Source of the DNA: Mobula hypostoma
Taxonomy: Eukaryota
DNA length: 64,000 nucleotides
NCBI RefSeq assembly: GCF_963921235.1
Contig: NC_086098.1
Span: forward strand, 114,018,001-114,082,000
Reading direction: 5' to 3'
Positions 40,303-53,206 of the stretch are shown here, one piece after another. Numbering within the stretch: the stretch's first letter is position 1; every line of letters begins with the position of its first letter. The notes below the pieces were generated by a model. It was not told where the DNA came from. It was given only the letters and a program-made list of their open reading frames with translations, and ran no database searches. A program made the position numbers and the translations under genes.

Positions 40303-40911
40303 TGTAACGTTCCGTTATATTGGCTCGTGTATGTCTATGGGAAATCCAGCCCAGCACCTGCTTCAACACTCCCCACAGGGTTGGTGGCCGCCCGAATCAA
40401 TCCCAAACATCAATCATCAGCCAGCACACCCAGTAAATTTTAACAAATACACTTTATAGATATTACTAATTCTATGACATTAATATACATTTGATACAGA
40501 GAGGCAAGTAATGAAAAAAAAAGGCGCCAACACTTATCAAAGTCCAAGTTCTTCGCGCGCTACCGTTGGAGCTCAATTCGACTTCAGACGACCACCCGAA
40601 TTCCGTCGACTCACGGCTCGGGACCACCCTTAGTGATCGACCGGAGCCTCTCCGCACGTCCGCGGTTCTCCTCGTCTCTCCTCCGACTCCCCGCCAAAAC
40701 TCAGTCCACAGTCATATCATACAGCATGGTATCCGAAAACAAAACGATACATAACCACCCATTGGCTAATAGAACCCTGCTATCTCAATTTAAAGTAAAA
40801 CAAACTGCTAGCGCAAACTCTCTTCAGCGTTAAAGCACAACAAAGCCGAAATCCCCAGATTAACATAACAAAGTCGCCATTTTAAATGTAACAAAAGAAA
40901 GACCCCGTACA
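40303..40911 (-). repeat. 5' LTR of PNMA-Gag Gypsy
   Basis: Near-identical to 33691-34297; followed by the PBS on the minus strand. Confidence 0.95.
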
Positions 40912-42687
40912 CACACAGTATGTATAAGAGCCAGCGAATATTATCAGATGCGAGACGCCCCCAGATAAAGCCAGTTTGATCTGGGCTAATTATTTTCCCA
41001 ACTACTGTCTCAAGTCTACTGGCTAAGACTTTGGAAAATATCTTGAGGTCAGCATTTATCAAGGAGATTGGACGGTAATTGGCACACTCCAAGGGGTCCT
41101 TACCGGGCTTAGGTATAACTGTGATCAGGGCTGTGTTTAGATCTCTATGGAAAGCGCCATTTCCAAAAGCATAATTTAATGTTTCTAACCATACTGGTCC
41201 AAGAAAATCCCAAAGTACTAGGTAAAGTTCCACGGGTATGCCATCTATGCCTGGCATACGGCCCTTATTTGTAGCTTTAACTGCTTTGAGTAGCTCATCC
41301 AGTGTAATAGGAGAGTCTAGAGTTTTGGTGTCCTCTAACGACAACGAAGGGAGGTCTAATCCACTAAAAAAATCTGTGAAGTCATTCTCAGAAGGAACTG
41401 AACCACTTGTATACAGCTCTTTAAAGTAATTCTTGAATGTCTCATTTATTTCTTCTGTTGAAGATACTACTCCATGTTTAGCACATCTAATCACTGGTAT
41501 ATTCCTTTTAGCTTCCTGTTGTTTGAGCGTTACAGCTAAAAGATGGCTTGGTCTGCTGCCTTCTGCGTAATACTTATGTTTGGTTACATGGATCATATAC
41601 TCTGCTCTGCTTCTTAATAAATCACTTAATTCTGCTTGTTTTGTTTTGAGCTCGTTTTCTTTTGTTTATGGTGTATCTCCTTTTGAGATCATTCTCCAAA
41701 ACCTTACATTCTTCTTCTAGGGTGGAAATCTTTTGAAGCCGGCTTTTATGTAGGTAAGAACTGAACCATATAGCGTTATTTCGTAAGAAACCCTTGATAG
41801 AGGCCCAAATCACTGTCACATCTGAGACACTATTTTTATTTACATTTATAAATTCTGTCAGTTTTGTTCTCAATTGTGATAGAAATTCGTTGTTTTTCAG
41901 AAGGGTGGAGTTAAATCTCCACCAAGTAGCCTTATTTTTAATTTTGCTGTAATTAGAGGTAGATATGACTGGGTTGTGATCAGATAGATGTCTGGGCAAA
42001 TATTTTATTGAGTGTACTAAAGGCAGCAGAATGGAGGATATAAGAATGTACTCTATCCCAGAGAAAGTTTTATGTCTTGTGGAGAAGAAGGTATAGTCTT
42101 TAGCAGATGGATTATGCACCCTCCACACATCAGTTAAATTTAAATCCGTTAGAAAAAGGTTAAGTGCTTTGGAAGCTGATTGTTGAGAGCTTGATATAGT
42201 GGAGGAAGATTTATTGAGGTTAATCTTTACCAAAGCATTCATGTCCGAACCAACATATAGTTGGTAGTCACTTAACTTCAGCAATTGTGAGGTAATTGAG
42301 GGAAAAAAATTCAACCTCGAATATAGTTGGAGCATATAGGCTAATGAATGCAACTTTTTTTTTACCCTGAACGGATGTGCAGCAAAAAGCTAGACGTCCT
42401 TTATTGTCTGCGCCCGTCCTTTCAAATGATATATTAATATTACGACTCATTAATATCATAACTCTTTTCGTACGAGTACCATCAGCTGATGCCACAATGG
42501 GTTTATAAAAGCAGTTTTGAACCCTAGGAATGTCATTAAGTTTAAGATGTGTTTCCTGTAACAGCTCGATATCTATTTTCCTTCTGCGTAAGAAATCTAA
42601 AACCTTTGAACACTTGTAGGGAGAGTTTAATCCTCTAACATTAAATGATACAATAGCAAGATTTTCTAATTTATCTGTGTTGCTCAT
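40912..42687 (-). pseudogene. L1 ORF2 5' part (APE endonuclease, start of RT)
   Basis: SFNVRGLN, LLQETH, LSDHNP, PGIDG, YRPISLIN, PDQTGF. Confidence 0.9.
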
Positions 42688-43299
42688 CTTCCCCTGGATC
42701 TGTTGTTGTAAGTTGGTGGTGAAGCCCTGAGTTACCCCCTTCCCACCACCCCATCACCCCTCGTATTCAACCCCTTACTTTGTAACTTCTGTGAGTGTCA
42801 CTTAGCAATGTCAGACACTGAACACTGACATCAACCGTCCCCCTCTAGCATCAACAAATTAGAAAGGCAAAGCAGTTCTCATAGACAATCATATCAAAGA
42901 GACAAGAAAAAAAGAAACTTGGACAAACCCGTTAACCTATATAATTAAAACCATTTCCGTCTCAAATATAGTATAACATTTGATCAAGACCACAACAGCT
43001 ATCTTGCAAGAAACCGTCGCTTAGCAATGGCGCCAGTGACATGTTATGTGCCCAGAAATATAAACAAGTCTACTGGAGACATAACATTCTGAAGTTATTC
43101 AGAACAAACTGCTGTTTTTCAGCTTCATTCTTGATGAAGTATTACATTTGGGTATATTGAATATCACCTTAAAACTCTGACCTGCAATAGTCAGAAACAA
43201 ATTAGCCCCTTAATTAACTAAATACAAAAGTGCAACGAAAGACTTTCCAATAAAAGAATAACCAGAAAACTTCACACCTAGGATGTTAACTTGCCCGTG

Positions 43300-44244
43300 C
43301 CTGATAGATTGCACATACAGGCTGGTCCAAGCTCTTAATGCAGTTCCATCTCCTCCCGAGGGGCGTGTGGACTTTGCCCAGGGTCGTCTTCTATATCTCC
43401 CAGCACCGATGCTTTCAGAGCTTCTTCCGCTTCCTCTGCCAAGTTAAACGACATCTTCATGCCCTTGATATTCACTTTCAAAATCGTCGGGTATATGAGG
43501 AACGAGTCGATCCCCTTCTGTCAAAGCTTAGCGCAGATCTCCTTGTATCCCTGCCATTCCTGCATCATGCCGGGGCTGTAGTCAGCGAAGAACTGCCATC
43601 CGGGAGAGTAGGTTTGGCTTTCCTCGTGCCCTCCAGGATAGCCTGCCGGTCGGTGTACCATAGAAGCCTAAAAATCATGGTTTACGGTCATGAGGTGTCG
43701 TTGGAAAAGATCCTGTATGCTCTATCGATCTCCAGTGGAGTGCTGTGTGAATTCTTGAGTGCTGGAATCCAATTAGGCAGCAACTTCTGGAGGTAGCCTC
43801 TTGGATCGTTGCCCTCAGTGCCTGTCGGTAAGTTGATCAGCCACACATTGTTTCTCCTGGATCTGTCCTCCAAGTCATTTAACTTCTTCCATATCTTAGA
43901 CACCTCCGCAAGACAGGAGTTAGTAACCTTCTCATTCTTGCATAAGCAAACCTGAATGTTGTCTATTTTATTGAAGACCACGCTAAATTTTTTAGCGTGA
44001 ATGTCCGTTTGCTCCTTTAACCACCAGAGAATGTTGCCATTCTCTGCCATATGCTTCTGTATGGGGTCGAGAGCCCTTTCGAGCAACTCCTTTAGCATGT
44101 GGACTACTGTTTCTTGCAGCGATTCCATCTCCATTGCCATTGTTTGCTTAATTAGCATAGCTATTTCTTCAGAAGAATCGCTAGCTTGGTGTCGTCTGCT
44201 GGTATCTTGTTTCTTGGTTGAATTTGGATCTTTTTTGAAGCCAT
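43300..44244 (-). pseudogene. L1 ORF1 (disrupted)
   Basis: Coiled coil followed by DLEDRSRRNN...LEIDRAYRI; lower boundary approximate. Confidence 0.85.
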
Positions 44245-44701
44245 GTCTTTAGTTAGATCTTTATCAACTCAACCTTGTATTAAGACTGTCAATGAGCCCT
44301 AAAGAGCTTGAAAAAGAAGGGTTATATGTCAGTGCTCAGTGCTGTGCTGCCATCTTGCCTCGTGCCTCACCGGAAGTCGCCAACACTGAATTCATAATGA
44401 TAATTGATGTTTCCCAAATTCAATCTAATTTGGTTAATAAAAGAAGTCTGCTCTATTCTCACAGGATACAGATGTTCTCTAGAGGGCACCACAGTGTTTA
44501 TCTTACATGTTCACTGGGAAATACAGCTGACAGAAATTAACCGGTCAAGATTAGGATTACAGAACAGGAAATCCTGCTTGCTTGATATTGAAGTGCAATC
44601 TGGCTCAGTGGTGTTAACTAAATTTAAGTAAATACTTTTAGAACTATTTACACCTGGGGGAAAGAAAGATTTTACAACGAAGATTAACTGTATTTTCTTA
44701 C

Positions 44702-44776
44702 CTAGCTGTTTTTGTCGTTCCTCCCTGCGTTCCTTGGCAAGTCTTTGCTTGTCATCGACACGAAGAACAGGGAATT
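44702..44776 (-). CDS. MAP7: MAP7 coding exon (start of microtubule-binding helix)
   Basis: ttctag|...|gtaaga, 75 nt, phase 1-1; EFPVLRVDDKQRLAKERREERQKQL vs human PVLRVDDRQRLARERREEREKQL. Confidence 0.95.
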   Translation of the reverse strand, partial: NSLFFVSMTSKDLPRNAGRNDKNS

Positions 44777-44809
44777 CTAGAAAACAAGTAATGTTTTTTT
44801 TAATATATA

Positions 44810-45095
44810 GCCTCAGAATACAAGGACATCCTTTAGAATAGAGATGAGGAGTAACTTCTTTAGCCAGGAGGAGATAAATTTGTGGAATTTATTGTCACAG
44901 ACAGCTGTGGAGGCCAAGTCATTGTGTATAGTTGAGGCAGAGGTTGATAGGTTCTTGATCAGTAAGGGCATCAAAGATTATGGGGAGAAGGCAGGAGAAT
45001 GCAGTTGAGAGGGATAATAAATCAGCCATGACGGACTGGCAGAGCAGACTCTATGGGTCGAATATGTCTAATTCTGCTCCTAAGTCTTATGGTAT
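44810..45095 (+). mobile_element. CR1 LINE 3' end (HER1-like)
   Basis: gagatgagga..aacttctttagccag and the 3' tail ctaattctgctccta.gtcttatggt, shared with other CR1 ends in the window. Confidence 0.75.
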
Positions 45096-46686
45096 TCCCC
45101 CCCCCGCCCCATTTCCAAAGCAAGTGTGCCTTCTCTAAGTTTATTCCCTTTGTTGAAAAAGTTTTAAAATAATTTATACTATGGCATATTACAATGGCTC
45201 TGATTGTGCTGAGTTTTGCAGGCAGTCTACATTGCTTCCTAGCTATGCTTTGTCCAATGAACAAGGATTGTAGGACTGCACAGAGGAAAATGAATTAGGT
45301 TAGTTACATTTTAAAATTTATTTTGTGCATTTACTTATTTTAAATAAATAGTTTCTGAATAGGTCAATTTTTAAAATGAGGCATTGAGAAATATTGTTAA
45401 GCAGACTATTTTAATAGCTAGCAAAATTGGGAGTAGGGTTTTGTGGTCTGTCTAAGGCTTCCTTCCAGTTGAATTTTTTGGGCTAGTGCTTGTTCTGGTC
45501 TGCCCAGGTCACCTCAACATGTTTAATTCTCTGGCATATATTATGAATTGGCATAAAATGGGTAGCATGTAGGCAGCAGTCACCAATGAACAAAACTCAG
45601 ATCGCTAATCACTCCTATAAGAACCTTTTACATATCGAGCAAAAATTTTAGATGACATAATAGGCCAGTTGTTCAATGTCATTCTTTGCAGCTGCCTTTT
45701 CAAAAAAATTACAGATTTGCTTTCCAGTTAGTAATGTCAGATTCTCATCATCTGTACTAATATTATTTACCTAATAGCTTGCTTTTGTTTTGGGAATAGA
45801 TGAAAAGTCTATTTGTCATCATTAACTCTTGACTTTATAAATACTAATATAATTACTTAATTTATTCTTAATCATAAAAACTTAGTATTCCACTACTACT
45901 TCATAAATGTTATATTTCATTCCATGCAACAATCCTTTTTCAAAATTGTTAATGATGCTTAATTTTTTAAAAAATTGTAAAAATAATGTATAATTTGTTT
46001 TTTTTGTGAATACTGCTTATCATTTGCCAATGTGCCTGTCACACTGCAAGTTTTTCATTACACCAGTGTAATGTCAATAACCATATGACAATAACCTTTC
46101 TGCATGATCACTTATATCACCACTTCTTCAATCATGCGTGTTTAGCACTTCATACTTACTAGGCTGCAAAGACTGTTGTATTTCTTAAATTGTATTTATC
46201 AAATTCTCCTTTTCTCATAATAAGTAATCTACATTCTCTTCCTTCCTTTGGGGAAACTAATCACCTTCGGTGTGCAATTATGAATACTTCAAAAATTCTC
46301 CAACTTGCTTGCCTATACAATACAAAATCTCTCTCAATTGGTTTTCCCAAGTTCAGTCGTTTGCATTATCCATTGGTTTACCATTGCCACTTACAACAGG
46401 AAATCTGGTTTTATCCACTCTGGTCTATAAACATTTTTTAGGCCAGCAGCAAATGATTGTACTCGAGTGCTCTGGTAAGCAACAATCAATTAGGAACAGA
46501 CAATAAGCACCAATGTAGCCAGCGAACTTCATATCCCCAACCCAAAAGGAAAAGAAAACAAATATGCTAAAAACACTTGACAGGATCTGCATAAGAGAAA
46601 AAGAATTAAATCTCAGGCTAGACCATTCATCAGAAAGATGACTTTAAAAAAATGATGCTTTTAAGTTGCATAGCTGGCAAGAGGGA

Positions 46687-47634
46687 TCATCATCATCAGA
46701 TCCTATGCCCAGTTTGAGCTTTGACTGCCATGGCCCACACACTCCTGTTTCGGGTCAAGTGGATTAATTCATTGGTATTCATTTCCAGTTCTCTGGCTGC
46801 TGTCTCTATCATCTTTTGTCTTTCTCTTGTTTTCTTCCCTTCAATCTTTCCCATAATTACTGTGCATTCTAACTCCTCTTTCCTAATCACATGTCCAATG
46901 AAGTTGCGTTGCCTTTTCATGATCTCATACATTATTTCTCTTTTTGTGTTTGCTCTGTTCATGACATCCTCATTAGATATTTGTTTCATCCATGATATTC
47001 TTTGCATCCTCCTCAAAAACCACATCTCTGCTGTTACAATTTGTTTCCTCATGTTACTAGATATTGTCCAACATTCTGAGCCATATAACATAACTGGATA
47101 AACGTAACATTTCAGTACTCCGAGGCGGGTTGTCATGCCCAGTTTAGTATTGGTCAGTATACTCTTCATTCTCGTAAAGGTGTCTTTTGCCATCCCTGTT
47201 CTTCTTTTGATGTCCATGTCGCACCTGCCATCTGATGTCACCCAGCTTCCTAAGCAGCAAAATTTCTGTACTTGTTTTATGTCTTCCCCATTTATTCTCC
47301 CCCTGCAGATGGGATTCTCCTTCTTTTTGGATATCACCATTCATTCTGTCTTATTGCAACTGATAGACCCATTTTTGCACTTTCTTCAACAATTATATCA
47401 ATTAAGTTTTGTAGTTCTTCCTCCGTACTTGCAATTAACACAGTGTCATCTGCATATCTGAAATTATTGATGTTTTCACCACCAACTTTGATTCCCAAGA
47501 TGTCTCTAATTTTTTGTAATATTGTTTCACTGTACACATTAAATAAATCAGGGGAGAAAACAAACCCTTGTCTAACGCCTCTCTGATTTTCATAAACTGA
47601 ATCACTTGTCCATCTATTCTTACAGTGGCAGTTT
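46687..47634 (-). mobile_element. RTE-clade LINE, 5'-truncated
   Basis: RGVRQG..FSPDLFNVY, RYADD, LYGSECWT, MGKIEGK; (tga)n tail; flanking gagggat repeat. Confidence 0.88.
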
Positions 47635-47877
47635 GAGGGATAGTACAACTAAAAAAAAATGTAAATAGGCAAGACCAAGTCGAACAGGTTCATGTACAGT
47701 TGGAGAGTATTACATTTCATAATTTGTTATTAACATTGAGGAATATTGAGAAATATAGATGTAATGTTGATAATCTTTGATAGTTTATGAAATCTGAAAA
47801 AATTACACTTCTAAAAGTAAGGTTACTATAAGATTTAAAAGTCATAAATGAAATTTGGAAAAACAAAATTCACACAC

Positions 47878-47967
47878 CTTGCTTTGGTCCAGAGTTCACA
47901 CTTTGCCCAGTGGTAGAAGTTGCATGGCTGCTTTTCTTGTCCTCCACCTTCGCTTGTGCCTCAGAAG
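47878..47967 (-). CDS. MAP7: MAP7 (ensconsin) coding exon, equivalent to human exon 2
   Basis: ctctag|...|gtgtgt, 90 nt, phase 1-1; translates ASEAQAKVEDKKSSHATSTTGQSVNSGPKQ, alignable to human APDSYKVQDKKNASSRPASAISGQNNNHSGNKPD; in frame with the next exon. Confidence 0.8.
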
Positions 47968-48087
47968 CTAGAGGATGAAACAAACAAAATTAAACAAGAG
48001 TGAAAAGATAAATACCTTTAGTCAAGAGTACCTAGTTCTTTTGAGTGAGGCTCATGACCTGGAGGTTGAGGTAAACAAAAGTATACA

Positions 48088-49444
48088 CAGGTGGCCCACG
48101 TTTTTCGAACGTTCGCTTTACGACACCTCGCTGTTACGAAAAACCTACATTAGTTACCTGTTTTCGCTAACAGCAGATGTTTTCACTGTTACGGAAAAGG
48201 GCAGCACGTGCTCGAACAGCCAAGCTCCTCCCCCAGAACTGCATTCTAGCCGGCACTGCTTAAATACGTGCTTTATCTCAATTTATTTTGTGCATCCGTT
48301 AGCAAGGTGAGTTCTACGATATTGGAAAAACCTAAAAGAGCTCGTAAGGGTGTTACACTTAGCAAAAAACTAGACATAATTGAGCGTTTTGATCGTGGTG
48401 AACGAAGTAAGGGCGTTATCCACATGTTGGACTTGCCTGCGTCCACCATTCGCACTATTTATACGCAGAGAGAACAAATCCTGAAAGCTGCCGATGTTAC
48501 TGTTGGTTCTGCTTGTAGCAAGGTGGTCTCTCTCAGTCGGCATCCAATAATGGATAAAATGGAAAGGCTATTGCTTGAGTGGACTGATGGGTGTACAAAA
48601 CGTGGTGTTCCATTAAGTTTTCTTATACTTAAGGAGAAATCAGTCAGTCTTTTTAATAAGCTGAAACAGAAAGCATTGGACGGTGGTGATGACAGTGTTG
48701 TGAAAGTGGAATTTAAAGGTAGTCATGGGTGGTTTGATCGGTTTCTGAGGCGAGGGCAGCTTCATAGCTTAAGCAGTGGTTCCAACCTCCGGGACGCAGA
48801 CCGATACATTGCCGCGAAGAATGCAGTGATGCAGCAGTACCCAGAACGTACCCAGCACATCTTTAAGAAAAAAGCCGAAATAAACAAGCTAATTAATTAT
48901 TTAATTTATTTAATTAATTAGGTGCCGCCTAATGTCGGCCCAGATCAGAGGCGATTGCCAATTGCGTCAGGTGGTTATTCGTATAAGTGTTTAACTGTGA
49001 AGAAACTGCAATTTATTGGAGTATTCCCAATTCTAGTAAGTGAAACTATACTGTACATACATTAGTTCTACTTTATATAGGCTGTGTATTTGTGTTATTT
49101 GGTATGATTTGGTAGCTTCATAGCTTAAAGGTTACTAGAGAGAGTGTTTCTGCCGACAGTGCTTCCGCGAGATTTTCACTGTGCTAGCCAGTGCTACAGA
49201 AAAGGTATTTCTACTTGATATAGGCTGTGCATTTATCATATCATTCCTGCTTTTGCTATATATTACTGTTATTGTAGGTTTTATGTGTTACTTGGCATGA
49301 TTTTGTACATTATTTTTTGGGTCTGGGAACGCTCAAAAATTTTCCCCATGTTAATAAATGGTAATTGCTTATTCACTTTACGACATTCCGGCTTACAAAC
49401 CGTTTCATAGCAATGCTCTACCTTCCGATAGCGGGGGAAACCTG
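48088..49444 (+). mobile_element. Tigger/pogo-like non-autonomous DNA transposon
   Basis: Imperfect TIRs caggtggcccacg / gcgggggaaacctg; ORF 48268..48921 has both CENP-B-type HTH domains (RKGVTLSKKLDII..STIRTI; MERLLLEW..FKGSHGWFDRF) but no DDE domain. Confidence 0.85.
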
Positions 49445-50146
49445 CAATAAAACTGTAACTAATGAGTTCCACACCTTTAATAACTATAAAAATAAAAGTC
49501 AGTTTCAAAATGCCTCCAGATTAACTAATCTCGAAGATTAGTACTCTCAGATCTAGACAGGAAACAAGTTTCTGTCCCAATGTGAGCTCCTTTACAAGGC
49601 AATCAAATGATTCCAGATACAAGGCCTCAGCCGTATGACACTTGAGATCTCAATAGCAGACTCACTAGTGATTGTGGATATAGAGAAAAGATACTGCAGA
49701 TGCTCAAATATGAAGCAACAAACAAAGGAAGTCTTGGGGCGGGGGGGCGCCATTTTGGGTTGAAACTACATATCAGGACTCTTGATTGACTCTGGATTGT
49801 GGACATCAATTTGGTCCACACTGGAATAACATCAGGTAACACTTGTTTTCTGATTATGCTTAGCATGCACTGCTGAGAAATTAAGTACAAAAGCATCATC
49901 ACTGCAAGAAAATGTTACTCAGAGTTCATGCTCAATTTGACAACTGCACTGAAACTTGATGACAATGTTGTGTAATGATTGGCTTAGATCGTGCAGCTAT
50001 AGTACGAAAGTGAAGTTTAAACAATTTAACTCCATACTTATCAAGTATCAAGTGACATTTTACTAAACTGGCAAACTAAAAATGATTAAGCAATCTAATG
50101 AAGGACAGAGAACAGCTAAGCCATACTGGAATAATGACCATAGTAT

Positions 50147-50439
50147 CGCAAACACGAGGAAATCTGCAGATGCTGGAATTTCAAGCAATACACATAAAAG
50201 TTGCTGGTGAACGCAGCAGACCAGGCAGCATCTCTAGGAAGAGGTACAGTCGACGTTTCAGGCTGAGACCCTTCGTCAGGACTCACTGAAAGAAGCGCTA
50301 GTAAGAGCTTAGTAGAAGTAGTAGAAGAGCCTACTAGCTCTTCTTTCAGTTAGTCCTTACTAAGGGTCTCAGCCCGAAACATCGACTGTACCTCTTCCTA
50401 GAGATGCTGCGTTCACCAGCAACTTTTATGTGTGTTGCT
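50147..50439. mobile_element. Fold-back Penelope pLTR insertion
   Basis: Two inverted pLTR arms (~50183-50303 and 50332-50440); 15-bp TSD taatgaccatagtat (50132-50146/50440-50454). Confidence 0.85.
50248..50283 (-). ncRNA. Minimal type I hammerhead ribozyme motif (intact core)
   Basis: agtc-CTGACGA-agggtctcagcct-GAAAC-GTC-gact. Confidence 0.75.
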
Positions 50440-53170
50440 TAATGACCATAGTATACCAGATTTAATATCTTAACTTTCCCTGTAGGCTTGGCTGGTCAAC
50501 AGACAAAATTTTTTAAATACTCGCACCATTCTGGGTTACTTGTCTGTTTAAAAATATAATAGTTTGAAAATAAAGATGTCACAGACATCTCCATTTCACT
50601 AAAGAAGCCTGACAGAGCCTTGGCACAGAATGTTATCATGATCCAGAATGAACCAGTGCAATAACTGCAGTTTTCAAGGCTACAGAGAACAGAATAAATC
50701 AAATAAGTTTCTGTAAAAGAAAAGTAAATGTCAAATCTTCACAATGCCTTTACTTTGTTGGAAGTTTGCAATGGTTCAGCATGTCATCCAAAACTTTGAC
50801 AAACACCTAAGATTTTTGGTGAAGAGTATATTGACTGGTTGCATCACGGCCTGGTATGGAAACATTCAATGGCTTTGATTGGAAAATGTAATGGATGCAG
50901 TCCAGTCCAGTCCATCACAGGTAAAGCCGTTCCCACCATTAAGCACATTTACACAGAGCGCTGTCATAGGAGAGCAGCATCCATCAAGGACTCCCAAGCT
51001 ATGCTCACTTCTGCCATCAAGAAGAAAGTACAGGAACTTCAATTAACTCCTCAACCATCAAGTTACTGAATCAGAGCGGATAACTTCACTCGCCCCATCA
51101 CTGAACTGTTCCCACAACCTATACACTCACTTTCAAGGACTCTTCAGCTCATGTTGTCAATAATTATTGCAGAATTAGGACATTTCCATTGAGTCTGCTC
51201 CACCATTTCATCATGGCTGATCCAATTTTCCTGTCAGCCCCAACCTCCTGCCTTCCCCCCATATCCCTTCATGCCCTGACCAGTCAAGAATCTATCAACC
51301 TCTGCCTTCAATATACATACAAACTTGGCCTCCACAGCTACATGTGGCAACAAATTCCACAGATTCACCACTTTCTAACTAAAGGAATTCCTCCTCATAA
51401 CTATTCTGAAGGACACCCTTCTATTTTGAAGCTGTCTCCTCTGGTCTTAGACACTCCCACCATAGGAAACATCCTTTCCACATCCACTCCAAGGCCTTCC
51501 ACCATTCTATAGGTTTCAATGAGGTCACCCTCATTTTTCTAAATTCCAGTGAGTACAGGCACAGAGCCATCAAACACTCTTCATAGGACAAGCCGTTTAA
51601 TCCTGGAATCATTTTTGTGAACCTCCTTTGAACCCTCTCCACTTTCAGCACATCTTTTCTAATATAAGGAGCCCAAAATTGCACACAATACTCCAAAGTA
51701 AGGCCTCACCAGTGCTTTATAGAGTCTCAAAGTTACCTCTTTGCTTTTATACTCTAGTCCTCTAGAAATGAATGCTAACATTGCATTTGTCTTTCTCATC
51801 ACAGACTCAACCTGCAATTTAACTTTTAGAGAATCCTGCAAAAGGACTCCCAGATCCCTCTGCACCTCAGGATTTATGTATTTTCTCTCCATTTAGAAAA
51901 CAGTCAATCCTTTCATTTCCGCATGACAATACATTTCCTGACACTGTATTCAATCTGCCATTTCTTTACCCATTCTCCTAATCAAAGTCCTTCTGCGGCC
52001 TCCCTATTTCTTCAAAACTGCCTCCCTTGCCACCTATCTTCATAACATCTGCAAACTTTGCAACAAAGCTATCAATTCCATCATCCAAATCATTGACATA
52101 AAACATAAAAAGAATCAGGCCCAACACAGACTCCTATGGAACACCAATAGTCACTGGCAGCCAACCAGAAAAAGTTCCCTTTATTTCCAGTCTTTGCCTC
52201 CAGCCAATTAGCCACTGTTTTATCCATACTAGACCTTTTCCTGTACAGTAATACCATGGACTCGTAGTTTGTTAAACAGCCTCACATGTGGCACCTTGTC
52301 AAAGGCCTCCTGAAATTCCTTGTTCACATCAACCAATTCTCCTTTGTCTCTCCTGTTTGAAGAAATTACAAAGTATTCCAACAGACTTCTCAAGCAAAAT
52401 TTTCCCTTGTGGAAACCATGCTGACTATGACGCATTTTATGAAGTCCCATCAAGTACCCCAAAATCACATCCTTAAGAATCAACTCCAACATCTTCCCAA
52501 CCACTGAGATCAGATAAACTGGTCTATAGTTTTCTTTCCTCTGCCTCTCTCACTTCAAGAATGGAATGATTTTTGTAATTTGCCAGTCTTCCAGAAACAT
52601 TCCAGAATCTAGTAATTCTTGAAAGATCATTACCAATGCCTCACAATCTGTTCAGCCACCTCTTTCAGAACCCAGGGGTGTACACCATGTTGTCCAGGTG
52701 ACTTATCTACCTTTAGACCTTTCAGTTTCCCAAGAACCTTCTATCTAATAATGTAAACTTCATACACTTCATAACCCCTAACACCTGGAACTTCCACCAT
52801 ACTGCTCGTGCCTTCCACAGTTTAGACTGATGAAAAATACTTATTCGGTTCATCTGCTATTTCCTTGTCCCCCATTACTACTTCTCCCACATTGTTTTCT
52901 ACCAGTCCAATATCTACACTCACCTTTCTTTTACACTTTATGCATCTGAAGAAACTTCTGGTATCCTCTTTAACAGCGGTTCCCAACCACCGGGCCGTGA
53001 GGAAACAACATGAGTCAGCTGCACCTTTCCTCATTCCCTGTCATGCACTGTTAAACTTGAACATAGATAGGCAAACAACAGGAATTCTGCAGATGCTGGA
53101 AATTCAAGCAACACACATCAAAGTTGCTGGTGAACGCAGCAGGCCAGGCAGCATCTCTAGGAAGAGGTAC

Positions 53171-53206
53171 AGTCGACGTTTCAGGCCGAGACCCTTCGTC
53201 AGGACT
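53171..53206 (-). ncRNA. Minimal type I hammerhead ribozyme motif (intact core)
   Basis: agtc-CTGACGA-agggtctcggcct-GAAAC-GTC-gact. Confidence 0.78.

Larger units (their letters stand above)
33691..40911 (-). mobile_element. Complete Ty3/Gypsy LTR retrotransposon with PNMA/MOAP1-like Gag
   Basis: LTRs 40303-40911 (5') and 33691-34297 (3'), ~98% identical by eye; TSD CACT/CACA; tRNA-Pro-like PBS (tgggggct..cgtcc.ggat, 40281-40300); PPT 34298-34310. Confidence 0.95.
31499..44381 (-). mobile_element. Full-length L1-clade LINE (~5.7 kb), interrupted by a Gypsy insertion
   Basis: 14-bp TSD aacactgaattcat (31485-31498/44382-44395); 5' end gacttccgg..aagatggc; ORF1; ORF2 with APE, RT and CCHC; AATAAA and short A-rich tail. 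Confidence 0.93.
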
